Part shown: positions 20,348 through 29,807 of the stretch, one piece after another | Layout: every line of letters begins with the position of its first letter | Numbering within the stretch: position 1 is the first letter of the stretch | Assembly: GCA_046350815.1 (NCBI GenBank) | Contig: JAXLZO010000001.1 | Coordinates: 120,001-152,000, forward strand | DNA from: Candidatus Saccharimonadota bacterium | GTDB taxonomy: Bacteria > Patescibacteriota > Gracilibacteria > BD1-5 > UBA2023 | Direction of reading: 5' to 3' | Length of the DNA: 32,000 bases | Notes under the pieces: model-generated | Database searches by the model: none | What the model was told of the DNA's origin: nothing | What the model saw: only the letters and a program-made list of their open reading frames with translations | Translations under genes and position numbers: made by a program

Positions 20348-20415
20348 AGTGGAAATACCTTGCTTTCCTGAACTTTTCCTTATAATTGACCAGAATTTTG
20401 ATTTTCCACTTTTTT

Positions 20416-21741
20416 ATGGTACTAAAACATTTTGAACGGATCTGGCAATCTGAGACCATCCGTAAGCGAATCCTCGTAACACTTGCGCTTGTCGGTGTTT
20501 ACAAGTTTCTCTCTATTCTCCCAGTTCCAGGAGTAAATGTGAGCTCTCTTGCTGCATTTCAGGAATATTTTCGATTACAACCCGGTCTTGCATTCTTCTC
20601 AGGACTTCTCGGTGGTGGACTTGAGAATTTTTCAATTGTTCTCATGGGTCTCGCTCCATATATCAATGCGACGATTATTATGCAGCTCATGGCGGTGATA
20701 GTACCAAAGCTTGAAGCCCTCAAAAAAGAAGGTGAACAAGGTCAAAAGAAGATCAACATCTACACTCGATATCTCACGCTTCCTCTCGCTCTGGCACAGA
20801 GCTACGGGATGATCTACCTCATGAATAGCCTTCTTGGTGGTCAAGGACCGAATCTCATCAATACAAGTGATTTCTGGGGAACTATGCTTCCTGCAATGAT
20901 CGTTGTAACAGCTGGAACCTACCTCCTTCTATGGCTTGGTGACCTCATTACGGAGAGCGGCCTTGGTAATGGTACGTCTATAATCATCTTTGCGGGTGTT
21001 CTCGCGGGTGTTCCGACTAGCCTCCTTAGCCTTATAGGTGCAGGAAATTATCCTCTTCTCGTACTTCTTACAACACTTACAATTGGCGTAATCTACGTGA
21101 TCATCCTCTTTACGGAGGGATATCGAAAGATTCCTCTTATCTATACTCGTACAGGTCGCGAAGAGAGATCATATTTTCCGATTAAGGTCAACCAAGCAGG
21201 TATGGTACCAATCATCTTTGCTGTATCACTTGTTACATTTCCGGGTCTTATTGGGCAATTCCTTGTGAATCGATCAAGTGGAAACGCCGCGACAATCGGT
21301 ACATTTTTAGTAGAACATTTCAGTCTCAATAATCCTTCCTGGTGGATGATTGGAACCTATTTTCTTCTCATTCTTGCATTCTCATTCTTCTATATTTCTA
21401 TTGTGTTCAACCCAACAGAAGTAGCAGAGAATGTTCAAAAGCGTGGTGGTTATATTCCATGAATTCGACCAGGGACACAGACAGCTGATTATCTTCAAAA
21501 AGTATCATTTCGACTCAATTTCTGGGGTGGTTCGTTTCTTGCGCTCATTGCCGTATTTCCATATATGATTACGAAGTTGAACAATCAGTTTGGATTCATA
21601 GACTCTTCAGGTATGCAGGGAAGTCACATTGATTTTCTCATCTCTGGTGCTGGTCTCATCATCGTTGTTGGTGTGATTCTTGATATCGTAAGACGTATCG
21701 ATACGGAGATCAAAAGTTTTGATTACAAGAAATTCTACTAG
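20416..21741 (+). CDS. secY: preprotein translocase subunit SecY
   Basis: Motifs: ILPVPGVN, LGLAPYINATIIMQL, and GGYIPGIRPG with G encoded by TGA 21460-21462. The stop is TAG 21739-21741. Confidence 0.95.
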
Positions 21742-21771
21742 AAAGAGAGAGTAAAATCTCCCACCCGATCT

Positions 21772-21807
21772 AGCCACGGTCTAAAGCACCGTGGCTTTTG
21801 TTTTTTT
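21772..21807 (+). terminator. rho-independent terminator after secY
   Basis: agccacgg tctaaagca ccgtggct followed by tttgttttttt. Confidence 0.8.
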
Positions 21808-21860
21808 GCAAGTTCTTATACTGTGATTTCTAGATGAAAATCTTGTTTTTCTCATGAGTA

Positions 21861-22000
21861 ACTATACACTATTGACAACATAGTTACAATCGGCTTGAAA
21901 GCAAACGGGGTTTTGGACCCAAAGGTGGAAACTATACACTATTGACAACATAGTTACAATCGGCTTGAAAGCAAACGGGGTTTTGGACCCAAAGATGGAA
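21861..22000. repeat. perfect tandem duplication, 2 x 70 bp
   Basis: Units 21861-21930 and 21931-22000 differ at a single base (aaaggtggaa vs aaagatggaa). Each unit carries actat-ac-actat-tgacaac-atagt. Confidence 0.95.
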
Positions 22001-22029
22001 ATAAAAAGAAAGCCCCCAATGGGGGCTTT
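22001..22029 (-). terminator. rho-independent terminator of the small minus-strand gene
   Basis: The hairpin aaagccccc aat gggggcttt is followed on the minus strand by ctttttat. Confidence 0.75.
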
Positions 22030-22047
22030 AATGTAAGGCAAGAAAAA

Positions 22048-22308
22048 TCAGACCTTGGGCACAAAAATGAGCTGACTACGTCCAGTCCCACTCTCATCGC
22101 GACCACCATTGGGAACATAACGGGAACGGGTCCATTGATCACGCTGCCGTTTCCAGTCAGCCTCATCATGGCAACGAATCCCGAATTCACGACGATAAGC
22201 ATTGAAAAGCTTCGTGAGCTGAGAGAGCGTGAAGCCGTCGTTATTCTGCTTGGCAGAGGAAGGGAGGGAGGATGGAATACCACCCATGATAGAAGATGTG
22301 TTACACAT
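22048..22308 (-). CDS. small basic protein (86 aa), unknown function, G+C-rich
   Basis: AGGAG sits 7 nt before ATG 22308. The gene has its own promoter and terminator and contains no TGA. A hand count of 22101-22200 gives 53 G+C per 100 nt, against 42 in secY 20501-20600. Confidence 0.6.
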   Translation of the reverse strand: MCNTSSIMGGIPSSLPSSAKQNNDGFTLSQLTKLFNAYRREFGIRCHDEADWKRQRDQWTRSRYVPNGGRDESGTGRSQLIFVPKV

Positions 22309-22378
22309 TATTTTTCTCCTGATCAATGTGTATATGGAGAAGACACCAAGAGTCTAATTTGTACTCGAGGATTTGAGG

Positions 22379-22406
22379 ATTATATACTACATTCTTCCTT
22401 TTGCAA
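22379..22406 (-). promoter_or_regulatory. sigma70-type promoter for the small G+C-rich gene
   Basis: On the minus strand: TTGCAA (22406-22401), a 16-nt spacer, then TATAAT (22384-22379). Confidence 0.55.
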
Positions 22407-22408
22407 TA

Positions 22409-22948
22409 CTATTTAGTATTTGCAAGCCATTTTTCTACTTCAGACATAATTTGATCTCCAATATTCCCTTCAAGTTCATCAAGTTCTGCTTGAGTAAAAC
22501 GTGACAAAACCCAATCAGAGACACTGTATTTTTCGTGGCGTCCGATACCGATTTTGAGACGAGCAAAATTCTGAGTTCCAAGACACTTTTCGATAGACTT
22601 GAGACCATTTTGCCCACCACTCGAACCTGTCTGTCTCAAGCGAATTTTTCCAAATTCCATATCGATATCATCACTCAGCACAAGCATATCGGTGCGGGGA
22701 TCAATCTTATAAAAATTAAGAATACTCACCACACTCTCTCCTGAGAGATTCATATACGTGAGAGGTTTGAGAAAGAGGATTTTCTCTCATTGATACTCAC
22801 CAATCGCAACCATTCATTTGTGATGAGAATCACGAAATTCACTCCCATGCAGATGTTTTATAACATGATCCAGTGCTATCCAGCCAGCATTATGACGCGT
22901 GAGAGCATACTCATTTCCAGGGTTTCCGAGTCCGACAATCAATTTCAT
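22409..22948 (-). CDS. pth: peptidyl-tRNA hydrolase
   Basis: [23 protein letters not shown]...YMNLSGESV...[10 protein letters not shown]. There are two in-frame TGA upstream of ORF-track piece 22409..22753. Confidence 0.95.
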
Positions 22949-23020
22949 ACAACAAATATATTCTTCGAGCATATACGAAGGAGCAAAAAATCCAAGAAAA
23001 AACTCACCAATGGTGAGTTT

Positions 23021-23539
23021 TTAGACTGCTTCTGCTTCAAATGTTGCAAATACATTCTCCAAAAGAACACGGCGATCACCTGGATAAGAGAGATTCTCAC
23101 GAGCAAGTGCTATGCGTTCAAGATAATGATAGAGATGAACCTCTCGCACACGAAAAGTATTCCCCTCAAATGCGAGCGGACGAAAATCAGATAATAGCGC
23201 ACTATATTCATGTTCTACAGGAAGGATAGAAACAACACCATGACGAAATATCTCCCGAAGATTAAGACCCACATGATCATCACTTACAAAGAGATCAAAT
23301 CAATACAAATCATTCTTCGTAATTTCTTTTGGACTGTATACACGATACCTGTAACCAAGGATATCAAAAGCCTTGATAAGTTCATCCCTGAGTGTGTCAT
23401 CTTTCATAGAAATCAGAGTATAGAGGGGAATTTCTTTTTTGCTATACTCCGAAAAAATCCCCTCTTTCATTTCTTGTTTGCGCTGAAGAAGGAGGGAAAA
23501 CTCAAGTTTTTGAGCTGGACGGAGAAGATTTCGTGCCAT
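23021..23539 (-). CDS. hypothetical protein resembling only the C-terminal half of a GT-B glycosyltransferase
   Basis: ORF pieces 23300..23539 and 23021..23272 are joined by one TGA. The pattern DLFVSDDHVGLNLREIFRHGVVSILPV...FEGNTF loosely recalls glycogen-synthase/GT1 C-terminal motifs. Confidence 0.4.
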
Positions 23540-23665
23540 GGGTATTGATATTTATATACAAGCAGAATAACACATTTTTTTGATGGAAGCAAACTCTTGC
23601 CTTGACGATGAGAATTTGGTACGGGGAAAAAAGTGCTATTTTCCAAAAATCGATATACTCTTCTC

Positions 23666-25690
23666 ATGCCCTACCAACACAAAAAAAGCGAATCTCCGCA
23701 CAAAAAACGTTATAAAAAACCAATTTCTCAGAAAAAATACTGAGAAAAGAGAGAAAGAAATGATACCTATTCGAAAAATACAAAGGTAGGAACTTTTGAA
23801 ATGCGAAAAACCTCATGAATCATCAAAACGGAATCCTGAGATAATGTAGTCATTCCATCGCACATGGCTGGTAGTGCATCGACGGGTGATCTTGTGAAAT
23901 ACAGCTCACATATGTCACGATTCAATACACTCCAATGACGAATTATATCAATCATCCGACGATTCAAAGATCAGACATACGCTGAAATCGTCGCAAAGAA
24001 TGAAAAGAGCATCTCCATCAGGCTTATCGAGAGTCTCTATAATATCAGCATTCTCCTCCATAGTTCACCAGAAGTTCGAACATGACTCCGCAGATGAGAC
24101 ATTGTTCTTGTGAATAATCCCAAAGAACTCCTTCCACGATGAGTGAACTACATATCACTCGTATCGAGATGAGATAATCCTCTCCGTTTTGTTGATCTCC
24201 TCCTTGACCAACATGCTCTGAGCCGAACATTTGATCCGCTCATTATTGATAGTATTGTACTACCAAATATCAAAAGCGAACGAGCAAACAGAGAAGATAT
24301 TCGCCCACTTTCTGTGATCACGATAGATGGACTCGATGCAAAGGATCTCGATGATGCTATTAGCATTGAATCAATCGAAAATGACTGATGGAGGCTTGGT
24401 GTACACATTGCCGATGTGTCAGCTTATGTGACAGAGTGAAGTCCTATCGATCGTGAAGCAGCTGACAGATGAACTTCAATCTATATCTCAGGGGGTGTTA
24501 TTCCGATGCTTCCAGAACTTCTCTCAAACGATCATTGTTCACTCAACAGTGAAACAGACAAGCTCACACTCTCAGCATGGATGAATTACGACAAGAACGG
24601 TAATTTTCAATCAATCAGAATATCAGAGACGATCATGCGATCAATCTGGCGTGGTGACTATGATAGTGTCGGACGATATGTAGCAACGAATCATCCAGAG
24701 GAGAAAGACACACCAAAACGAAAAGATGGCTCTCTACCACCAGCAGAAACCCACACTCTTCTGGGTGATTTCTATACCCTTACACAACTCATCAATACGA
24801 CTCATGAAAAACTTGGAAAATTGGAATTCGATACCAATGAACTCTCGGTCGATATGGATACTCATGGAGAAATGAATTTCAGAAAACGAGATCGCCACGT
24901 AGCCCATCGTATGATCGAGACAGCAATGATCGAAGCAAATAGACATATAGCCAAGTGGATGTACGACCAAAAACTCATCGTACCATCTCGAGTCCACCAA
25001 TGACCAAGCCCAGAAAAAATAGAAATATATACCAAGCTCGAGCAAGGAATGCTCGAAGAATCACTCCAAAAAGAGCTTCAAAAACTTCCGATAGATAGAG
25101 CTCGGATTCAGAGATTTCTCACACATATTCGTACTCTTCCTGAGAGTGATATTCTCGAGCGAAAGATTCTCTCCACTCTCTCGAAAGCATACTATACTGC
25201 GAATGTGAAGGGGCACTTTGGTTTAGCACTTCCCCACTATATTCATTTTACCTCTCCGATTCGTCGTTATCCTGATTTACTCGCCCATCGCATCATCAAA
25301 GAACATCTCCATTCAGACAAGCAAAAACCAAACCAGCATATCAAGAAGATTGAAAAACTTCTCCTCATATCGAGTGAGAGAGAACGTCGCGCCATCGAGA
25401 TCGAGCGAGCCGTATTTGATATCTACCGGACACAATATTTTTCATCAAGAATTGGTCAACAATACGAGGCACGCATCACATCAATTCTCCCAAATGTTCT
25501 CTTTGTAGAAATCGATCCAGGTCTTGAGGTGAGTATATCTGGCGATTATTTCACCCAACAAGCTGACAACAGCATTATGATGAGTGGCAAACTATATCGC
25601 ATTACCGACAGAATACACATCGAAATAACACACATCAACTCACTCCTCTCTCGCGTAGAAGCAAGACCCATCAAGAAATTATCCACATAA
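23666..25690 (+). CDS. rnr: ribonuclease R / RNase II family exoribonuclease
   Basis: RNB motifs are present (ITIDGLDAKDLDDAIS, GVHIADVS, DREAADRGTSIY with G encoded by TGA 24470-24472, HFGLALPHYIHFTSPIRRYPDL), with an S1-like C-terminus. The start is uncertain; ATG 23666 was chosen. Confidence 0.88.
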
Positions 25691-25699
25691 TCCTCATAC

Positions 25700-26272
25700 A
25701 TGAGATATATTCTTTTTCTCATTTTTCTCCTCGTATCGAGCACAGCTCATGCTACCGAGAGCACAAAGATTGATCTAAATACAGCGTGCACACTACGAAA
25801 CGGATCGTATCCATACAGTATCGCATTTACACTCGGCGGAAAAGAAATTCTGAGTGACAAATGATTTATCATCACGAAAGATAGTATTTTCTTCATACAT
25901 CAAGGTCAAACTGATTACTATTTATCATTCTACAAATGCAAAGATAGCGAAGCAAAACTCATTGACCGCAGAGAAATATCTACTAATCTAAACATTGACC
26001 GGGTGCTTCAAAGCAAATTCATCCTCCTAAAAACTACAGAATCCACTCCAATCAAGCTCGGATACTACGACCGAGAAGCCAAAGAAATATTTGAAATAGA
26101 TGGTATGAAAATCATGAATCAATCAGAAATTAAGAAATATCTGCGAGGATTCAAGCTCCAAGCGAGAATTACCAGTATTCGAGAAGGGAAAGTACGAGTT
26201 GAGGTTTCTCGCATCAAGAAATGAGATGGAGTGATCTATCGATATGGAAAAAAGGTATTTGTTGTTGAATAA
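25700..26272 (+). CDS. secreted hypothetical protein
   Basis: Signal peptide MRYILFLIFLLVSSTAHA|TE. There are 2 in-frame TGA and the stop is TAA 26270-26272. Confidence 0.55.
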
Positions 26273-26284
26273 GCTTCTAGTGCT

Positions 26285-26710
26285 ATGAAAGAAAAAATTA
26301 CTATCAAATCACTTTCTCAAAAAGAAAGAAGAGTATATCAAAAAGAGCTTCTCAGACTCTACGATCCTGAGAAGAAGAGAACAAAAGAATACAAAAGATC
26401 TTTTGCAGAAAGTAGTTTTGTCATCGTTGCACTCTATGATGGACAAATAGTTGGAGCCATGAGGATAGCATCAGACATGTTCATGTACGCTTGTATGATC
26501 AATCTCTTAGTCGATCCAAATTGTCGATGAAAATGAGTCGGTAGTAAAATCATGGAAAAAGCTGTCAGCGTCTGTACAAAGAAAAACATAAAGTATATCA
26601 GCCTCGTAGCTGATCCGAATATTGATTGGTTGCCAGAATTCTATAGCCAATTCTGATTTGAGTATTCGGAGGGAAATGGGTTATATATGGAGCTGAAGAG
26701 AAGTAAGTAA
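26285..26710 (+). CDS. GNAT family N-acetyltransferase
   Basis: QIVGAMRI...LLVDPNCRGKGVGSKIMEKAV is GNAT motif A, with both Gly of R-G-K-G encoded by TGA. The stop is TAA 26708-26710. Confidence 0.72.
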
Positions 26711-26755
26711 ACAGAGTAGCAAAACCCAATAGGGAGTCTGTACATTCGTTGTTTT

Positions 26756-26875
26756 CCCTTTGATAATGGGTCAGATTTGCCAATCCAGTGAATCGCATAG
26801 ACGCGATGAGTCGGGAATGAAGAGGGTTTATATTCTACACTTCCTATGATCGTCATTCCGAACACAGAGAGGAAT
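26756..26875. repeat. structured repeat module copy C plus an attcc/ggaat hairpin
   Basis: 26756-26835 aligns with 12562-12644. The hairpin gtcattcc-N11-ggaat (26853-26875) is the inverted form of 12822-12844. Confidence 0.8.
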
Positions 26876-26954
26876 CCCTTACACTACTGTTTCACTCATA
26901 GTTTCCCATTCTCCTATCATCGAAAGCGAAAAATCTATCGCATTGGTAGGCTAG

Positions 26955-26982
26955 TTGACATACATAATATATTACATATATT
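26955..26982 (+). promoter_or_regulatory. candidate promoter of the 298-aa ORF
   Basis: TTGACA (26955-26960), a 16-nt spacer, then TATATT (26977-26982), 22 nt before ATG 27005. Confidence 0.45.
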
Positions 26983-27004
26983 TAATAATTATAAACTTCA
27001 GATT

Positions 27005-27901
27005 ATGGCGCATCAAAAAGAGACAGTGACGATTGACGATACTGAGATTCAAAAGCATGTTGCAGCAATGCAAGATGTACTGAGTCATCTGCTCCAGCTC
27101 CGCAATCAATCAGAACAACACGCTTCTATCATTGGTGATATTTTATGTAATACCGCTAGGCAAATCGTAGACCTGATTGATCAAGAAAAAACATCGAGCA
27201 ATCAAGCTTCGGAGCTGACACAAGATCAGGAAGGTTCAGCCAATAACAATGTTGCATGTTTTACAAAGCTTCAGCAACAATACAATATCACTCCACGCCC
27301 CATAGAATCTATCGCTACTCAAAAAGAACCTCGCCCAGTACGTACTCTTCGTGATGTACTGTCTATTCTTGATTGGGCACCAGAAGAGCTACAAAACCAC
27401 ACAGATGAAAACAGCGAATTTACGGAAAAACTTATCGAGTTTTTAGCCGAACACAATATGTTAGATAAAATCACCAAAAAACCGTTGCAGCTCCAAATTG
27501 GTGGTAATGATATATTTATATCTCTTGGCCGTTTAGCTTTGGAAAAAGAAATACAAGGATGGACTGTCTCTGACAAAGATCGGGAAGAAAACCCTGAGTA
27601 TTACAAGCAATACTCACCAAGACCACGATTGTATAAAGAACGGATTGATAAAAAGGTACTTGCACCCGACTATATTAAGCAGAGTGATACTTATGGGCGA
27701 CATTGGGATACAGGCTTATTGTACAAAGACCACCTACATGGCTTAGACCTAAGACTAAGGAATCTTTTAGAGCATATAGACGAGTCTGTGATGCAGCCAC
27801 TCCAAACTAAAGACAAGCGACTTGAAGCTGAAATAGATAGTTTTTCAGTACCAAGAGCATATTTAGCAAGGATTGGGCAAGTCGCTGGTAGACTGGAATA
27901 A
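27005..27901 (+). CDS. hypothetical protein (298 aa), atypical codon usage, no TGA
   Basis: A long intact ORF from ATG 27005 to a TAA stop. Leu codons are spread over TTA/TTG/CTG/CTA/CTT/CTC, unlike the CTC/CTT dominance in flanking genes. I recognise no family. Confidence 0.6.
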   Translation: MAHQKETVTIDDTEIQKHVAAMQDVLSHLLQLRNQSEQHASIIGDILCNTARQIVDLIDQEKTSSNQASELTQDQEGSANNNVACFTKLQQQYNITPRPIESIATQKEPRPVRTLRDVLSILDWAPEELQNHTDENSEFTEKLIEFLAEHNMLDKITKKPLQLQIGGNDIFISLGRLALEKEIQGWTVSDKDREENPEYYKQYSPRPRLYKERIDKKVLAPDYIKQSDTYGRHWDTGLLYKDHLHGLDLRLRNLLEHIDESVMQPLQTKDKRLEAEIDSFSVPRAYLARIGQVAGRLE

Positions 27902-27997
27902 TTTTTTTAGATAAAAATTGTTGATTTAATATCAAAACAATAATAAACTCACTTTAACAAGAGGAAAACAAAACCCACCCTTACAAGGGAGATTGTT

Positions 27998-28150
27998 ATG
28001 ACCGCTCCAGCACATATCCCTGTAGACATCAACCATCCCGACATTCAGGCTGAGATTCGCCGCCAAGCCGAATTGATAGCACTTCAATTGATGAATGATT
28101 CTTACCAAGACGAGTTGTCGATTATCGACACGTTATGGGATGGCAAATAA
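27998..28150 (+). CDS. small protein (50 aa), faint resemblance to DUF3018-type antitoxin C-termini
   Basis: GGGAG lies upstream of the ATG. PVDINHPDIQAEIRRQAELIA...DTLWDG resembles the ...VPD..FAAE.RRQS... pattern as I remember it. The stop overlaps the next ATG (ATAATG). Confidence 0.4.
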   Translation: MTAPAHIPVDINHPDIQAEIRRQAELIALQLMNDSYQDELSIIDTLWDGK

Positions 28151-28410
28151 TGAACATAATCAAAACCGCAATACGACTAGCATTGTGCATTAGCATTTTC
28201 CCTGCATTTGGTGGTTGGCTAACGAACCGCCGAAACCCAAAGTTTCCTTTGGTGAGTCCCATGGACATCTATTTAAACGTTAGTGACTTTATTTACGCTT
28301 TTCTCCACCGCACCCCCAAAGATTCTGTAATCCATAGAAACAAGCAGGGTGACATTGACGGCCACTTTTATCAGCACCCCCAACACGAGGATGACGATCA
28401 TGACCGCTAA
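28150..28410 (+). CDS. hypothetical small protein (86 aa)
   Basis: The start overlaps the upstream stop. No family is recognised, and a competing antisense ORF (28273..28491) exists. Confidence 0.25.
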   Translation: MNIIKTAIRLALCISIFPAFGGWLTNRRNPKFPLVSPMDIYLNVSDFIYAFLHRTPKDSVIHRNKQGDIDGHFYQHPQHEDDDHDR

Positions 28411-28562
28411 AGCTAAAACCGAAGATTTTGACTTTAAGTCAGAACCACCACCGACTGAGCCACCCATTACAAATATTTCTCCCCCAACCATTAACTACTT
28501 AGTCCAGCGTTATTCGGGATTTGCAATCCCGAAATATCATCATTATTCCTACAAAAAATGTC

Positions 28563-29804
28563 CTACTTCTCTCAGTAAAACATTTTTTTTGTTATTTTCT
28601 GAACTTCCTTCGTATTCATATCCTTCGCAACCCAGCTCCAAGAAAGTATCGTCTCTAACTTTGGGATGAATCTTGGTAAAGATGCAAGATTTGGGGTCTG
28701 GATTTCAAAATGCAGATGAGAGTGAGGATAATCTTTCTCAGGAACACCACTGACACCAACCGACCCGAGAATATCTCATCGAGACACACGAGAGCCTACT
28801 TCTCAATCTGTAAGAGTGTTCAGATGCGAATAGAATACAACTTCTCATCGATCCGTGAGGAGCCATACCTGATTTCCACGAAATATATCGAGATTCATGG
28901 CTTGTTTCTCAGGCGTGAGCGGTTGTGATCGATCGATGTGAGCAAAGTCACTCTCATCAAATGCACTCACTTTACGTAGAATATATCCATCATCAATCGC
29001 AGCAACTGGAGTGCCAATATCTGCATAGATATCCCAGCCATGATGAATACCATCAGTCGTATCCATACGATACGGACGTCCGGCTCCTGGGATAATATTC
29101 GCTCCGAGTGGAACTCGATGTCATGGTACCGGACTCAGGTATGTGTCCTCATCTCATCTTCGACGAAGAAGATCTTGCAGAAATCATATCTTCATACTCA
29201 TATCACGAACATCTATTTCTCTCCTATATTTCTGAGTAATATAACTCCCCATACTCGCACTACTTTGTGAAAGAAGATCAGTGGTTCCAGACAATGAGCT
29301 GATATCTTTTCGATACTGAGAGAGAAGTTGTCGAAGAGCAAATGTTGTGAGAAATGTAGATCGTATGGCAAAATTATTTTCAGAGAGCACCGAGACACTT
29401 CATGAAAATCCATACTTATCATTTGCATGAAACACTCGTATACAAGTCGTATCTTGAGGGGTATAACGAACAACCTGATAACTTCGTATTTCATCTTGAT
29501 ATTCACCCATAACCACTCTTGCCATCGGGCAATCAAAATGAACTTCCGAATAACTCTGAGGAGAATTTATAGGTTTCCAAAAAAGCACGAAAAGTGAATT
29601 AGGACCACTCATTTCAATCTCTTGATTGAGAAACTGTACTCAGGAACTTTGCATCTCCCAAGGCTCTGAAGCAACTCATCGAGAATTTCCAAAGAAAATA
29701 GATCCATTTGATCCAACCATTACGTCTTCACGAGCAAGTACTACAACCGACAAAATCAATCCTATAATGGAGATACCGTAGAGAACAACTTTATGAAAAG
29801 ACAT
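28563..29804 (-). CDS. M23 family metallopeptidase (LytM-type) with an N-terminal membrane anchor
   Basis: Motifs HHGWDIYADIGTPVAAIDDGYI and YSHL...GSVGVSG...HSHLHFEI. ORF pieces 29400.., 29184.. and 28845.. share a frame across many TGA, ending at TAG 28563-28565. Confidence 0.85.
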
Positions 29805-29807
29805 AGT

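Noticed and set aside
21861-22000. The tandem 70-bp repeat as a CRISPR array
   Set aside because: The two units are contiguous and identical over their full length, with no unique spacers. No cas genes are present in the window.
28273-28491. A 72-aa minus-strand ORF with a hydrophobic segment, a possible small membrane toxin
   Set aside because: It competes with the plus-strand ORF 28150..28410, which is start/stop-coupled to the upstream small ORF. Neither has recognisable homology, so I listed only the plus-strand one, at low confidence.
28398-28669. A plus-strand ORF starting ATGACCGCT, the same first 9 nt as the ORF at 27998
   Set aside because: It runs into and overlaps the 3' end of the well-supported M23 peptidase gene on the other strand. 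It would not terminate at its TGA under the code used here.
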